From: Felis catus
Taxonomy: Eukaryota
Length of the DNA: 60,000 nt
Assembly: GCF_018350175.1 (NCBI RefSeq)
Contig: NC_058383.1
Coordinates: 11,906,001-11,966,000, forward strand
Reading direction: 5' to 3'
A program made the translations under genes and the position numbers. Below are positions 26,562 to 37,095 of the stretch, in pieces. Positions within the stretch are counted from its first letter, which is position 1; every line of letters begins with the position of its first letter. The notes below the pieces were generated by a model. It worked only from the letters and a program-made list of their open reading frames with translations. It was not told where the DNA came from and ran no database searches.

Positions 26562-27814
26562 ACCTCCCACAGCGGAAGGAAACACGGAGTTACGGGGGAG
26601 AGGGGGGTTGCTTAACAATGACCTTGTCAAGGACAATCAGTGGTTCACGGAGGGCCGTGTTGACAGTGGGGAGAGTAGAGTGGTTTGGGCCGAGGGGATG
26701 GCCCAGGGTGGGAGAGAAGATGTTTGAGATTCCAACTCACTCTCTCCTACGGATGGACCACATACATGGCTGCGTGCTTCGGGGAGTTGTCCTTTTTTTC
26801 ATCAGAGTAGTAGCTGAGATCGTAGAAAAATCAACCCGGCCTCAAGTGATGGTTTTGCTCATTGTTCTTTGTTGAAAGAGGCTTTGCCTTAAAATAGACT
26901 GAATATCCCAACCTTACTTCTCTCGTGATAAGAGAACGTCGCCTCGCCAATCCCCTCCCAGCGCCGTGGGTACGATGTGATAGGCACGGCCCTGGACACG
27001 GTGGGTGTTACCGGCTGGCGATTTTGGAAAGAGATTTTCTGAGACAGCGTCCCTGGCTCTCCGTTTCTAGACGCAGGTGCCTGTGTCATTGCTTCTTTTT
27101 TGGAAATGGAGCTCCCACTGACATCAAAAAGAATCCTTCTCAAAGTGTGGAGAGACTGCAGGGCGGGCAGTGTGGTTCTCCCCGCGGCAGAGAATCGGCT
27201 CCCGATGCAGCGAGTGGAGATCAAATTGGGTTAAACGCCCCCTTCCAAGCGAGCCTGGAAAATTCACGTGTTGGACCTCGAATGGAGGGCAAGCCTCAAA
27301 GCCTGGCCTAGTTCTAAAATTAGATCAGTAATTTTATCCGAGAACGCGACGGGGGTGAATACTCCTGGTTTTCCTTCTGGTCTAATGCCTGATGGGGGGA
27401 GGATTAGGGCTACATGTGTGCCTTGACGAGTTCGAGAAGGTGTCATGTGGATATTTCTCAGGGAAAAAAGCAAAAGTAAGGGGAGACCCGCTTAAAATGT
27501 CAAGTCACATTGTTGGCAGACGCCTAAGGTGATCTTTGCTGCTTTTCCCTGCAAGCAATTCAAGCAACATTACATGTGCTGTGACAACAGGGAGTGGTCT
27601 GGAACACACTGCTTGATCTCTGGGAGCCGGCTGCAGCAAGGACAGTCTGAAAGGTCCTTCATGCATTTTATCATCCTTCAAGGGGTGCTTATTCTCTGGG
27701 AGCGGGGGGCTGCGGGGGGGGGATTAGTTTGTATGCTCGAAGGGCCATAGCAACAGAGAAGGCATGGGAGGCTGTGGGTGTGCGTAGGGCTGATTTTAAA
27801 TATTTTATTTGATT

Positions 27815-27857
27815 AAAAAAATTTTTAATCCTTATTTATTTTTGAGAGAGAGAGAGG

Positions 27858-27889
<32 letters not shown>

Positions 27890-28058
27890 GCATGAGCCCG
27901 GGAGGGGCAGAGAGAGAGGGAGACACAGAGTCCGAAGCAGGCTCCAGGCTCCGAGCTGTCAGCACAGAGCCTGACGCGGGGCTCGAACCCACGAACCGCG
28001 AGATCATGACCGGAGCCGAAGTCGGCCGCTTAACCGACTGAGCTACCCAGGTGCCCCT
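27815..28058 (-). mobile_element. Feline Can-SINE
   Basis: Full element ending CTACCCAGGTGCCCC; flanking TAAATATTTTA duplicated. Confidence 0.95.
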
Positions 28059-28097
28059 AAATATTTTAAAAGTTAAATGGACATATGCGTATGTATG

Positions 28098-28100
<3 letters not shown>

Positions 28101-28142
<42 letters not shown>
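28101..28142. repeat. (CA)n microsatellite
   Basis: Directly visible. Confidence 0.97.
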
Positions 28143-28144
<2 letters not shown>

Positions 28145-28246
28145 AGGGCTCCACAGTCAAAAATATCAGCTGCCTCTGTTTGGGGATCGAGTTATTTCCA
28201 CCCCTCCTGACTACCCAATGTTGAAAAGAAGGTCTCGTCGGCAATC

Positions 28247-28278
<32 letters not shown>

Positions 28279-28557
28279 TCATTCGATAAAAAAGTAAGAG
28301 CCAAGTGATTAATGATCAGGTTATAAACGCAGTGTGTTAGGGTCTCAGGGCAGAACAAGAGGGGCCCGTTCACGCAGGTCTGGAATTCAGAGTCTGCTGA
28401 ATGGGCACAGGACTGGCCAAGCCAACAGACTGAATGGCCGCATTGGGAGAGGCCAGTGTTTCCGCAGTGGTCGTCAGTATACCCACTGGAGATACAGATG
28501 TTTCCGTGAAGATTTTCGGAACGATCGATGTACTCTTGAGGCAAATCTTGGGCTTAC

Positions 28558-28573
28558 CTGTCTCCCTTATAAC
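28558..28573 (-). other. Candidate 16-nt micro-exon (host gene unidentified)
   Basis: Minus strand reads cccccgtgccttgcttttcag|GTTATAAGGGAGACAG|gtaagc: pyrimidine tract plus CAG acceptor and a near-consensus donor, in non-repeat sequence. Confidence 0.4.
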
Positions 28574-29681
28574 CTGAAAAGCAAGGCACGGGGGTTTGAT
28601 TGAATTGCCTAGTAATTCTGTCATGAACTGCACTGCTTTCTTCTACCTTGAACACATTACTGATGGTAACAAGGGAGTTATTTTCAATCAAAGCGTGCTC
28701 CAACGAAAAAGATTTCTCCTAACATTGTGATCCCTTCCTCTGAAATCCATTTCAGATTGGCGGATAAAATGTGATTATATTTACACTTCCCTGACACGAT
28801 TCAGGCAGCAAAATAACAACCTGCCGGAGACATTTTTCTTCTTCGTATTTAGATCTGTCAGTGCTGTAGTGCTGGGGGAACAGGGAGGGGTGACCGAGGC
28901 AGCTGGGGTTGGTGATATGGTTTACTTGGCTCACAAATAGAGACGTTCTGTGCACCGTGTGTGTGTGTGTCTCTCTCTCTCATCTCAGGATTCCTTGAAC
29001 GCCATCCTGAATGGCATTCCGAGTGATGATACAGCATGCTAATCAATAGTGCTGTAAGCAAATCGAATTTCTCATTTTTTTGCCTTGACACAGCCCATAA
29101 ATTATTTCAACATAATACTTTAATTGGTTCACACTCATTAGGGGCTGTACGACGTATGACTCACCAGTTTCCGTGTGAGTCAGTTGCGATTTGTATTAAA
29201 ACTCTGGGCTTCTGGATTGCAAGGTTAAAAGGGTGGATGGGACAGCGTAGAGGTTCCCTGGTGTTGCAGAGAGCAGGAGAGCGCCGGAGCGAGCGGGGAG
29301 TTTTGATGCTGGTTCTTGACCTACAGGGATTAGCCGTATGTTGGATGAGACAACTCATCCAACTTCTTTGAGCTCAAGTGTCCTCGTCTATACAATGGGT
29401 GGGTTGGTTTAGGGGGTCATCAGGATGCTATGGGTGCGATGTGAAGCCCTGCCTGTTGTCCCCAGGGCGGCAATGTCCCACTTGTGTCCCAGTCTCCACT
29501 CTCAGGAGACGACTGACATTCTGCTTCAACAAGGCTCTCAAGATCATCCAGGATCCTATGGACATCACCCTGGACCCCTCCTAGGGAACCAGTTCTGGTA
29601 ACTAAATACAACACTGTCCCTCTTGAATCCAGAGAAGGAAGTGACCCTCCACTTTCTTGGGTCTCCTCTGAGTTTTAGATC

Positions 29682-30122
29682 TGTAGTGGATGTTGCGATC
29701 CCCGAATAGAGTACTTCTTGACCCCGCTGCTGGGAGTGCTGTCCGTAGACCGTCAGCAGCTCTCAGCTACCTCTGGGTATGGCTTTAACAGCAGAGAGCC
29801 CTAGCCCCCAGCCACTTCCTGGAACCACCCACATCCAGTAGCGGATGGGCGTGGGGGAGTGAAATCTGGGTCTTCTCACCCCAACTTGGGGCAGCTCTGA
29901 AGGGTCATGCCCTCTTGAGAAATCCCCAGAGGCTGGGCGAGGTTTCTGCGAAGACTGCATCAAAGTTTCAACGTCTCCTTCTGCCCAGCGTTGCTTCTGT
30001 CCTTCCTTTCCAGTGGCACTCCCTGCTTCCTCTTTTCTGAGAGCACTCCCTGATAATTTCCTTGCGTGCTGAGCTCCGTCCAGGAGGCTGCATCCCAGGG
30101 AGGCATCTTTCATCAGCCATAC
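29682..30122 (+). mobile_element. ERVL LTR (LTR16-like), solo
   Basis: TGTAGTGGATG start; CCCAACTTGGGGCAGCTCTGAAGGGTCAT; GAGAGCACTCCCTGATAATTTCCTTGCGTGC near the 3' end; CA terminus. Confidence 0.75.
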
Positions 30123-30124
30123 AA

Positions 30125-30900
30125 TGTGGACTCCAGACCATTTCTGGTGCCAAGTTAGAGACCCATCTTCTCACCTGCAGCCAAGCTGGTATCCCTGACT
30201 TCTCTGCTGATGCTTGGACACAAGGAGTCCAAAGTGTCTTGGAAGCACTTATAGCTTGTAGTTTGATGGGAGCCTGTTGTGTCTTCTAGTAAGTATATCC
30301 CCTTTGGGGTCCAACCAATGGAACCCAGGATTTCAGGAATAGAAAATACAAAGTCTCCCGGGGTGGGGGTGGGGGGGGTAGGGCTCATTGGTTGTGATGA
30401 TAATTAGGGATGAACCTGCCTTCACCGCACTGTTCCAAGACCCTATATGGGGTCTTCCTATAATGGGCACAGTATCAGATAAAGGTCTCTGATTTAAAGT
30501 ATATGCTGCACCTTGAAGGAGGTCATTCTATACTTTCAGGGTATCGCCTTCAAGATGATAGTTCAGCTGTACATTTAGAAGGCTACGTAAGCATTTGGGG
30601 GGCCATTTATTTCTGGATGGCGTAGTGTTATCACTTGACCGCGGTGGACGATATGCCCATGCTCAAATTGTACTATCAGGTGGGCCCTTGGCTGAAGGCT
30701 ATGTTGTATGGGATTCTGTAGGTACGGATCAGGCATGTGTAGGCTCTGTGGGGGGAAAACAAATACACAAAACTCACTGCTGGTCTAGATACATAGCCCT
30801 GTAAGGATGAATTGCTGGCCTTCATGGATGGAGGGGTCCCAGTGTAGTTGGGTTGCCAACAGTGGGCCTTTGGACTCATTGAAGAAGAGTGCCCTATTGG
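30125..30900 (-). mobile_element. Decayed ERV-L internal region: integrase core and C-terminus followed by a dUTPase-like segment
   Basis: Minus-strand peptides HCWQPNYTGTPPSMK, TCLIRTYRIPYNIAFSQGPT, LLNVQLNYHLEGDTLKV*NDLLQGAAYTLNQRP and RLPSNYKL*VLPRHFGLL resemble the ERV-L motifs WWQVDYIGPLPSWK, ECLIHRHGIPHSIASDQGTHF, LLKTQL..LGGNTLQGWG.VLQ.AVYALNQRP and IPLNWKLRLPPGHFGLL (recalled); stops and frameshifts present. Confidence 0.85.
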
Positions 30901-31879
30901 CAGTGGTATGCGAGAGCCCGGTCACACCAGCTACCAGTAGTCACTTGTGCACGTTTTTTCCAACCCTGTGTAAAGGGACGTCAGGTTGGTGGCCTGAAAT
31001 TTCCCATACTAGAAGGCGTACACCATCGCAGTGGGCAAGCACCACAAATGAGAGCCTCTTGTTACGTATTGGCCGGGATACCACTGCTTATAACTTAAGC
31101 TACTCTCCACACTACAGAGTTATTTCCGATCCTCACTTCTGGTGGCTGAAATCTAAATCATCGACGGCTTCTGCTTCTAGTGATAACGGGCATCTTCTCT
31201 TAGAACTGTCATCTCATTGAAAGCCATGACGAATTCTTGATGAAATACAGAAACAACAAAATTTTAAAAGTCGTTTTGACGTCATCAAGGCGTAATCAAG
31301 GCAACCAAGTCTTGAGAAGCCATGTGACCAGTGCCTTCCCTGCCTCCGGGCATTTGCTGAGTCCCAGCCTAAAGCCTAGATGGCCATCAGAGACAGTGTC
31401 AGACTACAGCTTTCAGAACTATCGTGGGGATGGGATAGAAATGAGAGTTCAGGGCTTCAAAGGCTTCCAGGATTTGAGAAGTCAAGATCCTGGAGAAAAG
31501 AGCCTGCAGAGACATCCTCTGCCACTTTTCCCTCATGGCATTTGCTGAACCCATAGCTGAGCTGGACAAAAAGCTGATAAGCAAAGCATAATATAGTAAC
31601 GTGGGGGGAAAAATCTATAATCAGAGCTTTTAGCCATCTTGTGGTGCTAAGGAAACAAAACTGAACTTCAGAAAGAGCCAAGAAGTTGGTTAAGCACTCA
31701 TGGGTGAGTTTAACTGAGACCCATAACAGGCTATGCGCCAGGAGTAAGGATGGACCAAAAAATAGACAAGCCCCTGGGGAACCTTAAATCTGGTCCTCAA
31801 TCATTTCAGCCCCTTATTAGATGACAAATGTACCGGAGAGCCAGAAAAGCTTTAAGTCTTCTCTGGAAGAACATGAAAT

Positions 31880-32444
31880 TATCCATTACCCAACCACTTT
31901 TCATACAAAATGTCTGGCATTGAATAAAAAATTTACCCTGCATGCCAGGAGTTGGGGGTAAGTGCCCAAAGGCCAAGAGAAAAAGTAAAACAGAAGAAAG
32001 AAACAGACCTGCAGGTGATACACATATTAACTTTAACCATGATTAAGATGTTTAAGAAACTAGCTAAGGTGGAAAATTTCAACAATTAGTGTCTATAAAA
32101 ATAACCAAATGGAAATCCCAGACCAAAAAAATAATAGTAATGGCTAAAGTGAAAAATTAATGGTTTAATAGTAGCTTAGACATAGCAGAGAAAGGGATTC
32201 ATACACTGGAAAGTAGCTTATACAAAAATATTCAGAGTGATTGGGGCACCTGGGTGGCTCAGTCGGTTACACATCCGACTTTGGCTCAGGTCATGATCTC
32301 CCGGTTTGTGAGTTCGAGCCCCATGTTGGGCTCTGTGCTGACAGCTCAGAGCCCGGAGCCTGCTTTGGATTCTGTGTCTCCCTCTCTCTCTCTCCCTCTC
32401 ATGCTCATGCTCTGTCTCTCTCTCTCTCTCAATAATAAATGGAA

Positions 32445-32500
<56 letters not shown>

Positions 32501-33165
32501 GGCACAGAGAAATAACAAGGAAAATTATAGAATAGAACATGTAGGACATCTAAGGCATAGTCAGGAGGCTAACATACTTAGAATTAGATTCCTAGAAGGA
32601 GGAAAAGCTGGAATGAGACAGAAATACTATTTTCAGGACATGGGATGAAAAATTCCCCAAACTGTTAAAGTACACAAAGTCACACATTCAAAACGCTTAA
32701 ATACAGAGAATGTCCTACAAAGGCACATCATAATAAAAATCTCGAAAGCCATACAGAAACTCTTGAAAGAAGTCATCAAAAAAAAAAAAAAAAGACACAT
32801 TGTCTTCAAAGGCACAACAACAATGATAATTATTATTTTTAAAAGTGTAAGAGATATATTTACCTACAGAAATTATGTGAGTCAGAAAACGATAAAATGT
32901 GCCTACCAAAGTGCCACCCCAAATTATTTCTAACCCAAGAATCATATACTCAATGAGAATATTCTTTCACAGGAAAAGTGATATAAAGACATTTTCAGAC
33001 AAGCAAAGGTTGACAAAATTGGTACCCAGCAAATGCTCACTAAAGAAATTTTTTTCTAGAAAGAGTTGTGTAAGCAGGTATTACATGGGTCCGTATAGAA
33101 GCACAATTATGCAGCAAAGTGTTAAGAAAAGAATACTGGAAAGGGTAAGTATGTCAGAAAACTGA
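31880..33165 (+). mobile_element. Old L1 ORF1 region relic, split by a SINE
   Basis: A-rich; AACCAAATGGAAATCC, AATAGTAGCTTAGACATAGCAGAGAAAGGGATT, ATAAAGACATTTTCAGACAAGCAAAG (IKTFSDKQ). Confidence 0.75.
32243..32494 (+). mobile_element. Can-SINE with tail converted to (AT)n
   Basis: GGGGCACCTGGGTGGCTCAGTCGGTT head, CT tract, AATAAAT then about 23 AT repeats. Confidence 0.95.
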
Positions 33166-33184
33166 ATTTTTTGTGTGCTAGTTC

Positions 33185-33550
33185 TCAATCTGCAAAATCC
33201 AAACCTCGTAGAGAAAGAGGGAAGAAGGGTGGTTACCAGTGGTGAGGACAGCTGGGGATGTGTCATTACAGGGGAGAGGCTTGCACCGGGAAGATGAGTA
33301 AGTTCTAGAAATCTAATGCACAGCAAATAGTGATAACAGTCAACAGTACTGTACTATATGCTCCGAGGTTGCTAAGCCACCAGATCTCAAGTGTTCTCAC
33401 CACAAAAAAAGATATGATAATTATGTGACGCGTTAGAGGTGCTGGCCAAAGCTATAATGGTCATCAAATCACAACATATCAATGTATCAAATCAATACTT
33501 TGTATATCTTAAACTTATATAATACTGTATGTCGACTGTATCTCCCTTAA
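33185..33550 (+). mobile_element. L1MA-like 3' end
   Basis: GGTGGTTACCAG...TAAGTTCTAGAAATCTAATGCACAGCA...GTTCTCACCACAAAAAA...AAACTTATATAATACTGTATGTCGACTGTATCTC. Confidence 0.85.
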
Positions 33551-33651
33551 AGAATACACTTGGTTTCGGGCCCAAGGTTCGACCCAAACCACATCGATGG
33601 AGTACCACACACATTTGTTGCCTGATATATGACAAATGGGATATTGCAAAA

Positions 33652-33760
33652 TTCTTTTTTTTATACAAATGTTAATTTTTTAAAAAGTAATCTCGAGGCC
33701 TGACGTGCGGCTCAGACTCACGACCCCACGCTCAAGAGTCACATGCCCTACCAACTGCCA
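33652..33760 (-). mobile_element. Short tRNA-derived carnivore SINE lacking the CT tract, 5'-truncated
   Basis: Minus strand CAGTTGGTAGGGCATGTGACTCTTGA...GGGGTCGTGAGTCTGAGCC...GAGATTACTT plus A tail; ATTGCAAAA on both flanks. Confidence 0.75.
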
Positions 33761-35764
33761 TTGCAAAAGTCTGGATACGGCACTTTATAAAAGAGGATGC
33801 CCAAATGGCCAATAAAGAAGTGAAAAGTTGCTCAACATTACTGGTTGACGGGGAGATGTATGCAGTTAAACCCTGGCGTGTGAGTGACTTGTTCTGTGCG
33901 TGTCAAAATTCTCTAATAAATTTTAGCTTAATGAGCGAGTGATGTCTTGGGGTATGAGTAGGATGTGACACCAAGCGTCACGTGATCGCCACCGAGCCAA
34001 CAATTCTCAAAATTCGCTTGGTAATACGGTGCTTTGGACTAGAAGCATGTTTCCGGAATGAAGTGTGCTCTCAACCCAAGGTTTTGCTATTAGAACGGTA
34101 AGATACCATTACAAACACACAAAATGAGCATGGTTAAAGTCCAGGGAAAAAACTGGCAACGCCACACATTGGTGAGAACTTGGAGGACTAGAGTTTTCCT
34201 AGTCTGCTAGTGGGAGAGTCGTCTGGTACCGCCACTTGGGAAAAGCTCCCCCCCGCCATGTTGGGTGAAGAAGGGGGGGGGCAAAGCTGAGGGTAGACAT
34301 GGCAGTCACTGGCTCTTACTGTCTAGTGGGCACTGGAGGGCAGGTGGTGGCCTCCTTCTATGCCACACTATTCAGAGCAGGGGAACAGCCCTTACTGAGC
34401 CCAGCTCACACGTGGGGTTTGGGAAATCCCAATAACTAATCTCACAAAGAAGCCTCTGATCCTCTGGGAATACCAGTTCTCGGTGTGAATCTTCAGATGC
34501 CGACTACTAAGAGACGAATTTCCAAGAGATCTCTGTCATATGCCTTTCCTTCCATGAGAGCATGAGTTGAAACCTCCTTGACACCAAAGCAGTGGCTTAT
34601 TTCTGCCAGTTCTGGCTGCTCCTCTGGATGCTGAGGCCCTCCCCTTCCGTTCCACCTGCAGGATCCGTGCTGGAACAATGCCTGTGTAGACAGACAGACC
34701 CCCTGCTCTGGTTGGCTGGCTTCTGGAATTAGACCAGCCCTCCCTAACCTGGTGTCAGCTCTGGACAAGATTAAGAAGGCTGATGGCCTCCCTACCTCAT
34801 CCCCATCGTGACGTCTTTGACCTCCGTTCCTGATTTTCCCTTGTGGCCTGCTAGGAGAGAGGTTCAACTGTGAATGCCAGGAGAAGCCCTTAATGACCTT
34901 GCTGAGCTCCGCATTGTGACGGCCCACAACCGGACAGCGCTTCTGATATAACCATCAGCTCTTCTGGCTTGTTCCCTGCATAGGCTCCGAAAGATATTTT
35001 TGTACCACAGGTCGGCACCTCTGAGCGGAAGAACACAATAACCCCACCCCACCCCCTATCAATACTCATACTAGACTCTCCCACCGCCTAACCTTGGCTG
35101 TCCCACATCAAGGTAGACCTCACGCTATCCTCAGAGTCTGGGATTCGTGCTACCTGGCTTAGCAAGGCTCACCGTATCGGCGGCCTGCTTGTCACAGGGT
35201 ATTTCTGGCATGCGACATGATTCACGGAAAAAACTGAAAAAAAAAAAAAAATCCATCAAGCCAGTTGTTGGAATTCACGTGGGCTTGCCTGCCAGAAATT
35301 TAACATTTCAAAGGCTTTAGGGAAAAATTGTGTCAGGACAAAGGATACTTAGAATAATAGATGTACAGCCATCTCTGTTCAGGGCAGCCTTCCTTGGCTA
35401 TAAGATCTGTAAGTTGTTACTTAAAGATACATTTGTCAGTTGGATTTGGTTTCAACACGGCCTCTGAAAATTACTCACATTCCCCGAGGCCACAGGACAG
35501 TCCCTACAACTTAAGTAAATCGGGCATGTTTGAATCGATAAATAAAGGCATGCGTGTCCGCCCACTCCGGCACCCTGGACATGGAATATTCTCTGGGGGA
35601 AAGTTCTAAGAAAGGCTTGAGAATTACCCCAAAGCTGCAGAAAAAATCCTTCCGGGGGCACGGTAAAGTGGGACACCCACCGATCTGTGCTAGAGTCAAG
35701 CACATCTCAAGGAGAGGAGGCAGGACCCGTTGGGGGGAGACTTTGAAATCCAATGGATACCTTG

Positions 35765-37095
35765 TTTATTTTTTAAGAGGCTGTTTTAGAGCTGTTTTAG
35801 GGTTACAGCAAAGTTAAGAGGAAGGTAAGAGAATGCCCACCCCCCCCCCCCGTCCCCACACATGCACAGCCTCCCCCCCATTTACCAACATCCACCTCCT
35901 GAGCGTTACGCTTGTTGCAATTGACAAGCCTACGTGGACACGTCACAGTCGCCCAAAGTCCACAGTTTCCTTTAGGGTTCACTCCTGGGGTTGCACATTC
36001 TGGGGGGGGGGGGTTGACAAAAGAATGAAAGACGGCTATCCACCGTTAGAGTATCGGGGGGGAAATTTTCACTGCCCTCTGCGCTCTGTGTATTCATCCC
36101 GTCCTCCCCTCCTTCCCCTGGCATCCCACGATCGTTTTCCTGTCTCTGCACGTTTCCCTTCTCGAGACTGTCGTATGGTTGAAATCATACAGCGTGCGGC
36201 CCTTTCAAAAGGCTGCTTTCCCTCAGTAACACGCATTTAAGTTTCCTCCGTGACTTGTCACGGCTCGATAGCTCATTTCTTTTTAGCGCAGAATAATATT
36301 CCATCGTCTGGATGCGCCAGTTTTGTTTATCCATTCACTTGCCGAAGGACATCTTAGTTGCGTCCGAGTTTTGACGATTATGGGTACCGCGGCTATAAAC
36401 ACCCGTGTTCTGGCTCTTGTGAGGACACGGTTTTCAACTCCTTTCAAAAACCGGAGTGCGATGGTTAGATTATGTGCTAAGAAACTGTCAGCCTGTCTTC
36501 CAAAGTGGCTGCTCCCTTTTGCATTCCCACCAGCAGCGAACGAGACTTCCCGTTGTTCTCCAATGCTCACCAGCATTTGGTGTTGTTATTGCGTTGGATT
36601 TTGGCCCTTCTTATAGATGAGCGGGGCTTTCTCATAGCTGTTTTGACTTGCATCTTCCTGATGGCATATGACGTGGAGCATATTTCCATATGTGCATTTG
36701 CCGTATGTGGATCTTCATTGGTGAGCTGTCTGTTAAGGTCTTTGGCCTACTTTTTTTTTTTAATGTTTATTCATTTTTTTTTTTTTACAGCGAGAGCATG
36801 AACGGGAGAGGGGCAGAGAGAGAGGGGGACAGAGGATCCGAAGCGGGTTCTGAGCTGACAGCAGTGAGCCCGACGCGGGGCTCGAACTCACCAACTGTGA
36901 GATCGTGACCTGGGCTGAAGTCAGCCACTCAACCGACTGAGCCACCCGGGTGCCCCTAGCTTATTTTTTAATTGAGCTGTTTTCTTTACCGTTGGCCTGT
37001 CAGCGTTCTTGGTATATTTTGGGTACCAGGCTCTTCACAGTTGTGTCTTTTGCCAGTATTTTCTCCCAGCCTGTGGCTTGTCTTCTCAGTCTCTC
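35765..37095 (-). mobile_element. L1MC1-like 3' portion, split by a SINE
   Basis: TTTTAGAGCTGTTTTAGGGTTACAGCAAAGTTAAGAGGAAGGTA, CCCAAAGTCCACAGTTTCCTTTAGGGTTCACTC, TTTGCATTCCCACCAGCA. Confidence 0.85.
36750..36957 (-). mobile_element. Feline Can-SINE
   Basis: T tail ... GAGCCCGACGCGGGGCTCGAACTC ... GAGCCACCCGGGTGCCCC. Confidence 0.95.
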
